A stretch of DNA of 64,000 nt from NCBI RefSeq assembly GCF_009914755.1, contig NC_060926.1; one strand, 5' to 3'. The position numbers were made by a program, and so were the translations under genes. The DNA comes from the human T2T-CHM13v2.0 reference genome, Homo sapiens. Below are positions 1 to 13,782 of the stretch, piece after piece; within the stretch, counting starts at the first letter, position 1; the number at the start of each line of letters is the position of its first letter. The notes beneath the pieces were generated by a model that did not search any database, had not been told where the DNA came from, and saw nothing but the letters and a program-made list of their open reading frames with translations.

Positions 1-24
1 TCCCCTCTGTGAGGTGGTATCATG

Positions 25-270
25 TAGCAGCGAAACAAATAGACGTGGGGCTGGATTGCGGGGTCCAAATCCCGAATTCAACACTTCCTAACTGGAGGAC
101 TCAGACAATTCACTTACCTTTGTTGTGCCTCCATTTCCTGATCTGTTCATTGTAGATGATAATAGACATCATAGATAATAGACATACATCAGAGAGTTGT
201 TTGTAGATTAAGCCAGTTAATTTAAGCAGACTGCTGGAACAGTGTCTGGTTTATAATAAGTGTTAGCTAT
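25..270 (+). mobile_element. MIR SINE (degenerate)
   Basis: MIR core-like gtccaaatccc...tcacttacctttgttgtgcctccatttcctgatctg...gatgataatag. Confidence 0.6.
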
Positions 271-439
271 TTTATAGTTTTGGTTTAATTTGTAACAGAG
301 AAATCCTTGGCATTATCAGTTTTGGAGTAAGACACAAAATGAACATTTTAATCATTATGGAAGTAATTCATACTCATTGCCTCATGCTGGAAAGCAAATG
401 GAAAAGAGACTAAACAGCACTCAAAACATGATGCCCAAG

Positions 440-900
440 GTGACTGCCATTTGTGGTTGATCTATTTCTCTTTGTGAATTGAGATCTGCATAACAAAACC
501 GTATTGTAAGTACAAGTTTGAGCCTAATTATTTTCACTTAACATATATGATAAGCATTTCCCCATAATAAAACAATTATTCATAACTTTAATGGCTGCAT
601 AATGTAATCATATTGATTAATCGTAATGTGTGACACATTTTCTTAGTGATGAACATTTAGTTTCTTTCTTTCTCTTTGAGTAGGGGGTGGGGGCAGCTGT
701 TACATATGGTGCTGGTGGCCAACAGTCATGCATATATATTCATTTACATATATATTTTTTCTTAGTATTTCCTTATTCTTAGGGTAGATTCCCAGAAGTA
801 AAGTCATTGGGTCAAAGGGATGAACATTTTTAAGGCTCTTGATAAACACTAACAAGCTGTTTTCTTCTCAGGCTGTTTACACTTAGACATGGATGAGGGC
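440..900 (-). mobile_element. old L1 (L1ME-like) fragment
   Basis: Antisense L1 ORF2-end/3' UTR-like phrases (gtagattcccagaagtaaagtcattgggtcaaaggg). Confidence 0.55.
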
Positions 901-1190
901 CACCATGCTAGTCCCAAGGGTGTTGACATCTTGGACCACTTTGTATCTAACATCATAAGAAATGAATAAAAAAAGAGAATCATTGAAAGATCTTGAAATA
1001 AAATAATTTTAAAGTTTGTTGAGCATTTTTTTGTGATTAAAAAAAAAAAAAAACCACCAAAAGCCAGACACACTTTTGACCCAGCATGAATTGAAGGTCA
1101 CTTTCACTTCCTGCTGAGTTATTTTGGCTCGTGTATCACTCTGGATTCTTCTCTCCTGTCTGTACTTAAGCTATTGCAGTAATAGCTTAA

Positions 1191-1634
<444 letters not shown>

Positions 1635-1927
1635 TAGCTGAAGAAAGCACTGTAGATCTGCCGGGATAGCCTGCTCTGTGGGGAATGAATGACTTTTGGA
1701 CAGATCGTGTAATAATAATGTAAATAGTATGTTGAACGGGCAGAATTCATGGGATAGTGTCCAATCATGACTTTGTTTTTGCTTTTCATTGTTCCCGTGA
1801 AATTTATTCTCTAGGAACCTTTAAATCTGACTCCAGCACGGTTTGTGACTCTTCTTAGGAGAATAGAAAATCTTAACAATTGTCATATTTGAGAAAACAT
1901 CATCTCAGTTTAGAAATAGGAATGTGT

Positions 1928-2253
<326 letters not shown>

Positions 2254-3124
2254 TCAATATATTAGCCAGCCTATTAATTGCTATTCAGAGGTGAGACTCC
2301 TCCTCCCTGCCCCATTCCCAGCTGATGGAGCCGTCAGGGAGGGTCGGCAGTGGGCTGTTCCCTCTCTTTGCTCCCATTCACCAGCTGTGGGGACTGACCC
2401 TCCACAGCTGGAGCACAGAGGGACAGGATGGGAAGGGGAGCTGAAAGCCTTTTCTTAGTGATGCTGTTCTGGGCTGCTTCGTGCCCTCTGGCCTGGCAGA
2501 TGTTTGAAACTGATCCTTGATTGTGTGGGCACTCAGGGGGTCCTTCAGAGAGTCCCTGGCTGTCACCTCTGACCCCAACTCCTAAGACTTGGCCATGATT
2601 TCTCTGGTGGCTCCCCCCTACCCCAGCCTCTGGTTTCCAGGGGTCCACCACACACTCCACACACTAATGTCTTCAGGAAGGCAGCCATCAACCCAACGCA
2701 TCCACACATCAGACTGTGGATCATTCTCTCTCTCATGTGGTCACCTAGCCCTTACAAACTGGGGTGCAGGCTGCTCCCCACCCAGCCACCACTCCCTACC
2801 CCTGAAGTGGTAGCAGCTGTCAGCCATATGTCCTTTGAATGCAGGGAGCCAGCATCCAGCTCTCTTCCTGGCCCTGTAGGAAACCACATCAGGCTTGAGT
2901 TTCTCCCAGAGCCACTAAGCCAGACAATCTTCCTAGCCCCCAGTTATGCCTCAACCAGATTAAGCATGCAGGGAGGAAGGGGCCTGTTTTTATTTGTTTG
3001 GAGGTTTGGACACAAAAGAAAAGATAGAAAGGGCACCCCTGGCCTTTTTCCTCATCCCTTAACCTCAGACCTAAGCCAAAGATCCATCTCTGGGATGGGG
3101 ATGTAGCTGTGGGGCCAACTCCTC

Positions 3125-3338
3125 CATCAGGCACAGTGCCAGGGCCCACAGGACCTCAGGGGCTCCTGAACATCTTTACATTTTCTTTCAAAACCAGAAG
3201 AAAAAAATGAGCTTTTAGATTAAAGAAAGTGTTCTCATATATATTAATGTATTTGTTTTACACCAACTAAGTCATACAATATTTTTAATATATTTTTTCT
3301 GAAGGAAGGGACTCAGAATGGCAAATGTGCCTAGGGCC
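3125..3338. mobile_element. non-autonomous hAT DNA transposon (ORSL/Tip100-like)
   Basis: Repeated gtgcc(t)agggcc motifs at both ends around an AT-rich core. Family assigned from recall. Confidence 0.55.
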
Positions 3339-3860
3339 TAGGGTGACCATCTCGTTGTAGTTTGCCCAGGACTTCCCCATCTTAGTACTGAGAGTCCTGC
3401 ATCCTGGGAATCCAGTTAGGGTGAGCAGCCTGCGCCCAACCAGTTAGGGTGCCAGCAGCCTGCGCCCAACCAGTTAGGGTGAGCAGATTGTACCCAGCTA
3501 GTTAGGGTGAGCTGCTTGTGCCCATCCAGTTAGGGTGCCAGCTTGTGCCCATCCAGTTAGAGTGAGCCGCTTGTGCCCATCCAGTTAGGGTGAGCCGCCT
3601 GTGCCCATCCAGTTAGGGTGAGCAGCCTGTGCCCATCCAGTTAGGGTGAGCCGCCTGTGCCCATCCAGTTAGAGTGCCAGCTTGTGCCCATCCAGTTAGG
3701 GTGCCAGCTTGTGCCCATCCTGTTAAGGTGAGCAGATTCTACCCATTCAGTTAGAGTGAGCAGCTTGTGCCCATTTGCCCAGGACTATCCCAATTGTAAC
3801 ATGGGCATTTTTGCCTTCTGGGAACCTCCTTGGTTTCAGGGACTGCTGATCACCCTTCTA
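3339..3860 (+). mobile_element. two hAT-Blackjack (MER81-like) MITE copies flanking a minisatellite
   Basis: TAGGGTGACC...TTTGCCCAGGACT...AGTACTGAGAGTCC at 3339-3410. A second TAGAGTGA...TTTGCCCAGGACT copy at ~3751-3857 ends in the inverted terminus TCACCCT. Confidence 0.65.
3412..3774. repeat. 28-bp minisatellite, 13 units (consensus CCAGTTAGGGTGAGCAGCYTGTGCCCAT)
   Basis: Directly counted 13 tandem units of 27-30 bp, 9 of which carry TTAGGG. Confidence 0.95.
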
Positions 3861-4009
3861 GTCTTAACAGCCCTGTGTGCTGACAAGGGATGTAGAGTTA
3901 ATGACTCGGGTTGGACCACGCTTTGGTACCTTCAGGATTTTCATTTTCAGTTTCCTTCTTGTGAAAAAAATAAAGGAGGGTCATTTTACGTCTCTAAGTG
4001 GATCAGTTA

Positions 4010-4500
4010 TATATAATTATGTAACAAGTCACCCCGAAACTTGGTTTCCTGAAAGCATTTATTTGCCCATGATTCTGTGGGTCCCTCCTGGGGCAGGGCA
4101 GGGCAGGGCAGGGCAGAGCTGGGCTGGGCTGGCTGCCTCTGTTCCTTGAAGCATCCAGTGATTGGAAGCTGGACCCCAGGCTGGCTGGTCTGGACGTCCA
4201 CACGCATTCTCACATGCAGTGCCGGCTGGCCAGCAGCAGGGAGTCTCAGTGTCACCACACATAGCAGCTGGGTTCCTGCAAAAAGCAGGTACTGCAAGGC
4301 CCCTGAGGCTGTGGCTCAGAAAGTCAGATGACGTCACTTCTGCTGCGTTCTATTGGTCCAAGCAAGTCACAGGCCCACCCAGACAGAACGGGTAGAGAAT
4401 GTGACTCTGCTTCTGGGTGGGAAGGACAGCCTGCCCGGTGGGTGGAAGAATCCGTGGCCCTGTTTGGCCATCGTGGCCCTGTTTGGCCACCTACCACTCT
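4010..4500 (-). mobile_element. MLT1-type MaLR LTR with internal (GGGCA)n/(GGGCT)n run
   Basis: gtaacaagtcacccc...gcatttattt...gattctgtgggt and tctattggtccaagcaagtcacaggccc are typical of antisense MLT1. The pentamer run lies at ~4090-4133. Confidence 0.65.
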
Positions 4501-5006
4501 AGGCATCACTGAGCTGAATGCGCCGGTCCTCTGAGAATGCCTCCCCCACCCAATGCTGGTTTATCAAAAGAAGGGGAGCTTCTCACTGCCCGTCCTACTC
4601 CCAAATTCACAGCAGAAATGCGTGGCGCCCTTGGAGCAAGGTGCATGGGGGCTTACCTCTCATTAACTCACCTACCATACTAGACTTGGATAGTTCGAGC
4701 AGTCCCACGTTATCTTTGATGCCTCGAACAATTTAGAACACAATTTTCTATGCCCTGACATCTGCAGCTGCATTCACCCCTGGAAAATGCTGAGTACACG
4801 GGCTGAACCCGGGGAGACTTTCCTGATCCTCACCATGCCCAGGCAGTTGCAGCAGATCTTTAAGAAAGAGCCTCTTTAGCATACTCTGCACTTAGCTGAT
4901 TTTCTGTTACTACTGTTCCAAAATTGATATATTTTCACAAGTAATTTGAAGATCGTGTATGTTTTCCATCCTTGGAAAAAACCTTTCCTGAGCACATTCT
5001 TTCTGA

Positions 5007-5358
<352 letters not shown>

Positions 5359-5463
5359 CTGTGTGGATGTTTTAAAAATGCATGAACTTGGCTCTAGAAA
5401 ATGACCTTTGGCAATTTGGCATTGAAAAGGCTTCCTTGATATTTATAAATTATTCAGTTATCT

Positions 5464-6325
<862 letters not shown>

Positions 6326-6819
6326 TCACTTATATTCCGGACGGCCCCCAGAAACCAATGAAAAAAGTGCTCATAAAATGTCTAAGTAGGGGAACAAAAG
6401 TTAGAAAGGAACATCGAGTTCTGATAAATTTCAGAAGCAAGAGTCTACCAACCTCATTTCCTGCCACAGTCCACTTTGGCAGAGTTCTGTAAAACGCACA
6501 CCACACTACCCACAGATCTAAATTGGAAAATTGAGTGAGCACAAGGATGGGTGGAAATTGTGCATAGGCAAGAAAAGCACAGCATGAAAAGGAGCACCCC
6601 CCCTTAGCACCTATAAAAATAAATAGTGTAAAAGCAGTCCTCTTGCAGGAGGGGGTCAGTCCTGCACAAACATGAAGTCTCAGTTCTGGGGCTGCAGCCA
6701 TGAACAAAGGCACATGGGCTGGGCCTGGAGGCCATCACTTGGTGGGAGCTGGACCAGAGGTGACGTAGATAATTTCGCGGAGAGCCTGCGATGCAGTGAG
6801 TGAGGGGGACTGGGAGAGC

Positions 6820-7270
6820 TGATTCAACAAATATGTGCCAAGAGCCTACCACATGATAGTGGGCCCTGGGGATTTGGTGCTAAATAAGCTAGAAGCTATC
6901 TGTGCCCTCGAGCAGGGCTCATCATCTGGGGGAGTGGGGAGCAGAGAATGAAAATGGAAAAGCCTTAATTAAAAAGTGTGGGAAACACTAATTTTAGGGA
7001 ATGTGCAGGGGGTTGTGATGGCCACAGAGAGGACATTTAAACCCTTGACTAGAGTGCATCAGGGAAGATTTATGGAGGAAGGGAATATTCAAGCTGAGAC
7101 CCAGAAGATGAATTGGAATTAGCCAAGCAAAGAGGCAGAGGCTGAAATGGCGCCACAGAGCGAGGAGTGGGCAGAGGGAGGAGGGAGTTAAGAGAGGTAG
7201 GAGGACAGGGGAGAGAAGACCTCAGGACCGAGGGTTGCAGGAGACGAGAGTAAGGCTTGGACTGTATCCT
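6820..7270 (-). mobile_element. L2 LINE 3' fragment
   Basis: attcaacaaatat...cctac...tggggat, then a purine-rich antisense L2 body. Confidence 0.6.
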
Positions 7271-9599
7271 ACAGCCACATTTTAGCTCCATACGGTCCCC
7301 TTTCCCCTGCCCTCAGCCCACCAAGTCACAGTGAATCCCAGAGGAAGGAAAAACTGTAGACAGGAGACACTACAGTGCAAGAAATGGTGACATGAACCAT
7401 GAAACATACATCATGACACCTCTTTGATGACTGGACTTGTTTCCCTCAAGGCAGAAATGAGCAAAGATACTCCCAGGGCTGGTGTGGGGAGACCCACAGA
7501 TCACCACATGGAATTAGGCTTCTCAGATCCTGATGCTCACTCCTGTGATTTGGGGAATATGTTGGCGGAGGGGAGGGTCGTGAGATGCCTCCCCACCTCC
7601 ACCTGGAACACTACTGAAAAAAGAAAAGTCGCTGTTAGATAGGAAATTTGGAGTTAAGGGCAATTTGGAAGTGGGAAATATAGGGGAGAATCCAGTACAT
7701 GTGACTAAAGGAATAGGGTTAGGTGGTCCTTCTCTCTGCTTTTTTTTAAAATCCTCATTCTACTGTTCACAGGTGTTGTGTCTTTCAGTGGCTGCTGGAC
7801 AGCTGTTCCCTTCTGTTTTTTTCCTAAGGGTATTTGATAAAATGGTCACTGACTGCCACCACTGGATTCATGTTCCATAGAGGGCTGATTATGTCTGTGC
7901 CTTTAGTGTAATCTCAAATATTTTGAAGATTCAGAAAGTAAAAATATAAATTTTGCTAACCTAGACATGGTAATTGGTGGCAATTAAGAAAAATTTAACT
8001 TGCCAAGAAGCATCGTTTTTTGTGGGGTTCTTGAACTACTTAGAAAAGGAGACAAAGTACTCATAAATATTACTTTAAATATTGATCATAACATATTTCT
8101 GTGCTCTCCCTATAGCTGTGAGCCCCTGAAGTCTGGCTTTCAGAATATAAATGTATTCACGACCCCGAACTCGTGTCATGCCTTAAAGAATCATCATAGT
8201 CAACTCTTTTAACAGCATTATTTTAAAATGTTAAATGTCACTTTGGGGATGTCATTAACGATCACACATATGTAATTGCTGTTCTTAATGAAGAAAGTGT
8301 TTTGACAATTTGGATAAGTTGCGTCTTTCTTTCCATCGTTTTGCCTTGAAAGACAAAGTGAGTCAATTCTGACTAAAAGCACAAAAAGTCTTTATATCAG
8401 GGAGAGGATTTGGAAGTTCAGATCTGGAATTTGACTCAAACATGGCACCCAGATACTAGAAGCACTTAATGACATGCCTCAGGACTCTCATTGGTTCTGT
8501 CTTGAAGCCATGTCATGGCTGGTGGCTATAGGACCTGGGAGAAGTCTTAGGGGGCCATTCTGTGCCTTCAGGTAACAGAAAACCTACAAGCATCATACTT
8601 CTTTCTGAATGATTCAGGGGAGAAAACAAACAATGGATAAAAGTGAGGAAGATTTTGATTCAGTACAAAGAACAATGTCTAACAGTGTGGGCTATCTGGA
8701 AATGAGATTAATTGTTCTGTGGAGGTAGTGAACTGCTCATCGCTAGTGGGATTCAGGTTGAGGATGTGTGGGAGGAGGGGCTGCATGGGATAAAGGTCCA
8801 TTCTCCAAAGATACATTGTACTCAGTCCCAGGATCAGGGGAATTAGGAAATTCAGTGCCTAAATAAGGACAAATCAGTACTCCAGATTAGGGGTGAGGTT
8901 GAGAAGGCAGGACGAAATTCATTACATTCCCCTAAAACTTAATTAATGATTAAGCACAATAGGACTATAAAATGGAAACAAATCCCCCAATTTGGCCAGC
9001 AAATGAAAAGGGGCTTCAGCACAAGGAAGCCACCAGATAAGTCAGACATGAAAGAGTGAATTTGGACCTGTCTCCCAAGTGGGCCCCTGGGAGAGTGGCA
9101 ATCTCATAATAACCAGAGAAATGGTGTGTTTAACTGTTGACATGATCCCTCTTCAGATAGTTTATATTCTCGGAAGAAACAAAGAAACACTGAGAATAGG
9201 AGACAACAGAAGGACAGGATCTTTCTCCACCCTCGGGTGGTGTGGCAGTAATGGGACAGAGAGAGCCAAGAGCCCCACTTTCTGACTGCAGACTCCCCAG
9301 GGTGCCTGGTCACTGCCTGCTCATTTGCTTCTCTTCCTTGGAGATGACTAATGCCTGAAACCGCAGCACTTGGCGGCTGCCAGGGCCTCTAGCTGGCAAT
9401 TCGTTTCCTACATGTATTTTGCTTTGCCTCCAAATGGTGGTGACGTCATGGGTTTAATTCTGAAATTGTTCTTCTTTGGAGAAAAATGCGAGATTTTTCA
9501 AATGACTTTCAGAGCAGTGGAATCCAAAGTTTCACTTTTGGTACTTTTTTTGGTGACATCTTCAAGTAATAAAAATGTATGCTACACAGTAATTGCTTT

Positions 9600-10400
9600 T
9601 TCATAAAATGTATTATTTTGCATGATTCGGAAAGCAATCCATATTCATTATAGGACATTTGAAAAATATAGAAAAGCACAAATAAAGATGAAGAGCACAT
9701 GTAACCCACCATCCAGAGGTAAATATTGTCAACACACTGGTGTTTATTCTGTTATTTTTGTGTGGGTGTATAGTAATTGGATTGCTCTACACACACACAT
9801 TCATAATCTAACTTGCTCATTTAACTAATAATACATCGCAAAATTTTTCCATATCCACAAATAACCATCTAATCTACATGACAATCTTCAATCGTGGAGT
9901 AGTATTCCAGCCTATGGATGCACCATAATTAATCAGTTCCTTGTTAAACATGTAGATTGTTTTGATGCTTTTGCTAGCATATAATGCTATGTTAAAGAGT
10001 TCTATGCATTCGTTTCTGAGCACATGAATACTTTTTTCCTTTGAGTTATTTCTAAAGAGAAATTTCTAAATAAAGGGTATGCACCTCTTAAGTCTTTGTA
10101 TATTGGCTGTCCCCCCTCCTCCACCTTCTGGTCCCCCATTACCCTAAGGCAGTAACAATTGACAGATTTGCCCCCTCGTATGGGAGACCTATTTCTCCAC
10201 ATTCTTGCCAACATGGGATATAGTCATTATTTTACTGCTAATTTTCCAGCATGGTTAGTGAAAATGCGATGTCATCATTTCAATCAGCATTTCTTTGACT
10301 GTTACAGAGGTTGGTCATTTTTTATTTTTATTTTTTGGTCATTTGTCATCCTTGCTCTCTGGCTGTCTGTGTCCAGGAGTGTCTACCCTTTCCATGCTGA
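9600..10400 (-). mobile_element. old L1 (L1ME-like) fragment
   Basis: Antisense L1 phrases (gagtagtattcca...atggatgcaccataat; ctccacattcttgccaaca). Confidence 0.6.
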
Positions 10401-10573
10401 TTTTTAAGCACTCCTGTTGGACTCTCTCATTGATTTTGTTTGAAGAAAAGACATTGAAACTTCTTTGTTGGGAAAAATACAATTCAAAAAATTAGTTAAG
10501 AATTATTCTGTAAAGTGAATAACCACACTTAAAAATAAATACATATTTGCTATGTGGAATTTGCTTAAATCGA

Positions 10574-10868
10574 GGCTGGGCACAGTGTCTCAAGCCTGTA
10601 ATCCCAGAACTTTGGGAGGCCGAGGCAGGTAAACCACTTGAGGTCAGGAGTTTGAGACCAGCCTGGCCAACGTGATGAAACCCCATCTCTACTAAAAATA
10701 TAAAAATTAGCTGGGTTTGGTGGTATGCGCTTGTAGTCCCAGCTGCTTGGGAGGCTGAGGCAGGAGAATCGCTTGAACCTAGGAGGCTGAGGTTGCAGGG
10801 AGGCAGAGGTTGCAGTGAGCCGAGATTGCACCACTGCACTCCAGCCTGGGTGACAAGAGCGAAACATC

Positions 10869-10915
<47 letters not shown>
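10574..10915 (+). mobile_element. Alu whose tail is an (AC)21 microsatellite
   Basis: Alu 10574-10872 and (AC)n 10873-10915, with a perfect 15-bp TSD GAATTTGCTTAAATC at 10557 and 10916. Confidence 0.95.
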
Positions 10916-10918
<3 letters not shown>

Positions 10919-11540
10919 TTTGCTTAAATCCAGCCATGTGCATATTGGTTCTGTCTTTGACCCCCAATTAATTCTTTTTAAATCCAGAGAAATCTTATAA
11001 TTATTCCTAAACTCTAACATGTTGATGAATACATTTAAATGGTAACTCAAAAGTTAAAAACAACATAATTTTATTCCAAATGGACACCTGTGTGAGCATA
11101 TGTGCTCTCTTGTCCCCGTGAATTTGTGTGGAGGTTTGACGTCCATTGCATTCGTACCTGAAATATAGGTGACATGTGGATCTGTCCTTTTGTTTTCCTG
11201 TCTTCTGAAAGGCTCAGGCACCATAAGGAATTGAACTAAAAATCTTACTGGAATATGTCCCAGAACAATCTTACGGCATGCCCTATCTTAGGTGAATTTT
11301 CTTTGAGGTCCACAGCTCATGTTTCAGAAGGACAGAAACAATGCCTCGGGCTTATTTTCCTCTCCTCCAGAGCTCCTACCCCAGTTTTAGGTTGAGAGTA
11401 AGTACACAATTCATCAGCAATTATCCAGCTGAATTGTTTAGCATTTTTATGTCATCAAAATGGAAGAAGAGCACATATCAAATGTGAGAACTAAATTCAT
11501 TAGTGGAATGATTTTGCGAAGTCACAAAACACACAGATAG

Positions 11541-11954
<414 letters not shown>

Positions 11955-13016
11955 TAGAACGTAGGCAGCTTATTTGAGCAAACTCAGTAAAGAGCATTTT
12001 CAACAGAGAATAATACCACCACAAAGATATTACCCGGGCAATTGAAGATGACAAACGCGTAAGTGTGTGCCAGCCTTTGGAGAAGGAGAAAAAACACCCA
12101 CCTACTATCCCAATTGCCCTTCAAGGCCCTGGGAGAGAGAGAGGTATTTGGAGCCTGCAGTGCAGGGCCATGGAACTAGGTAACAAGAGGGTGGGTCCCC
12201 TGCTGCGGCCGCAGAGGTGGGTTCTGGCAAGACTCACAGGTCATGGGCCATTGGCATTATCTTGCAAGTGCCACACACCTATTTATCTTTGTGGTGAAGA
12301 AGTACAGATATTAGAAGATAGAAAAACCATTTTGTTGATCTGTTACAGGCTGTCCATGAAAAATCCTGAATTCATTTATGAATCGCATGAAGCTGTTATA
12401 AAATCCATGTGATTAAGAAATACGTTGATTAAACATCTTATAGAAATAGATAAGTCATAGCTAAGTCTGTAGGTGGCCCAGAAGTAATGTGTTGTGAAGT
12501 CTATAGAGCGTGCTCTTATTGTAAATGTTAACGTTCTTCACTGACAGCTGTCACTCTTCCTGAGGGTTCAAAACACACCTCAAGTTTCACTCTAACAAAA
12601 TATGAGTATATATAAGCACAACTAATACCTTTGCTGGGTTCAATACAGCTGTTGAAAGAAGCATGGGATGCTCGTTCTAACAACAGAGATGATGTCATAA
12701 GCTCTCCTCCATCCCTAGACTCTGAGATCTAGGTTTTGCAAGGGACACACAGACTTACAAGTCCTTTTCCACCGCCCTGTCAACAGCAATAGCATTTATG
12801 TGCTGCACTTCTAATTGTGATGAGATAAAATTCTGCTTTGTTAGGGTACTAGGAAGAAAATCAGAAAGGTAAATGCAGCTGATTCTTGATTTAGCTAAGA
12901 GTGAAAATGACTTGTATTCTGTACTTTAATTTAAAAGACTGCAAAATGGAGCCTAATAGCCCTCTCTCAATCTGTTTTTCTCTTGTTCACTTTCTTTTTC
13001 ATTAACTTCTTTGCAG

Positions 13017-13050
13017 AATGAGGCATCGATTTAGACAACTGGATACAAAG
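13017..13050 (+). CDS. TRPM8: TRPM8 34-nt coding exon (probably exon 24), start of the C-terminal coiled coil
   Basis: Long polypyrimidine tract with ttgcag|a acceptor and aag|gtatgg donor. Encodes (E)MRHRFRQLDTK. Missed by the ORF track. Confidence 0.96.
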
Positions 13051-13724
13051 GTATGGTTCTGTTAATAGTTTGGATTTTTTTTTTTTTTTGGTCACTAATA
13101 CTTTGAGCTTTCAGCTAGAGGCCAGTAGTTGTGGTAATAAAAGAAGTTATATTCAGCTTTCTTAATTCACTGTCTAAGAGCAGGGTGCTGGAATGGTATT
13201 GCTTCTCATGCTCTAAGCATCTCCCAGGGAAGAGTCTTGAAGTCCCACTTCCATGATGTCCAAAATCTTTTCTGTCTTATCCAACTCAGGGCCCCCTCTT
13301 CTCTTTCTTTCAGCTGTGGAGGCAGGTGAAGATGCTTACAATTATAGGGAACATAAGGAAGGCTCAAAAGAGCTTTTTGGGAGCCAGTGTGCCTTGATGC
13401 TAGTCTTTGCTGCCACTCTGATTCGTTGCCTGTTTTATTTGGAGGGCATTGGAAATGCGTGAGTACGCATATGAACACCAGGCATAGACAGAGTGTGTCT
13501 GCCCTCACTCTGAGCTGGGTAGCTGAAATTATAATCAGGTTCAAATCACAATCGATTCGTATATGCTAGATCCCTGCTAGGCTCTGAAGAGGAGATGATA
13601 TTTGGTATTCTATCACGTTAGTTTGAGAATGGCATCCCGGATGATGACATTCATAGACCTCCCAGTGTTGTGGCTGTTCGGTGGGTAGACAGGACCCCAT
13701 CTGGTTTGGCAAAATCTCCACCAC

Positions 13725-13782
13725 CCAGTACCTTGACCATAGTAGAGCCTTAATAAATGTTTATTGAATGAATAAATGAACA
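13725..13782 (+). mobile_element. L2 3' terminus carrying two AATAAA
   Basis: catagtagagccttAATAAAtgtttattgaatgAATAAAtgaa resembles the L2 tail. Confidence 0.6.

Noticed and set aside
3412-3774. CRISPR-like array or interstitial telomere
   Set aside because: The units are head-to-tail with no unique spacers and there are no cas genes in this eukaryotic DNA. TTAGGG occurs singly per unit, not in tandem.
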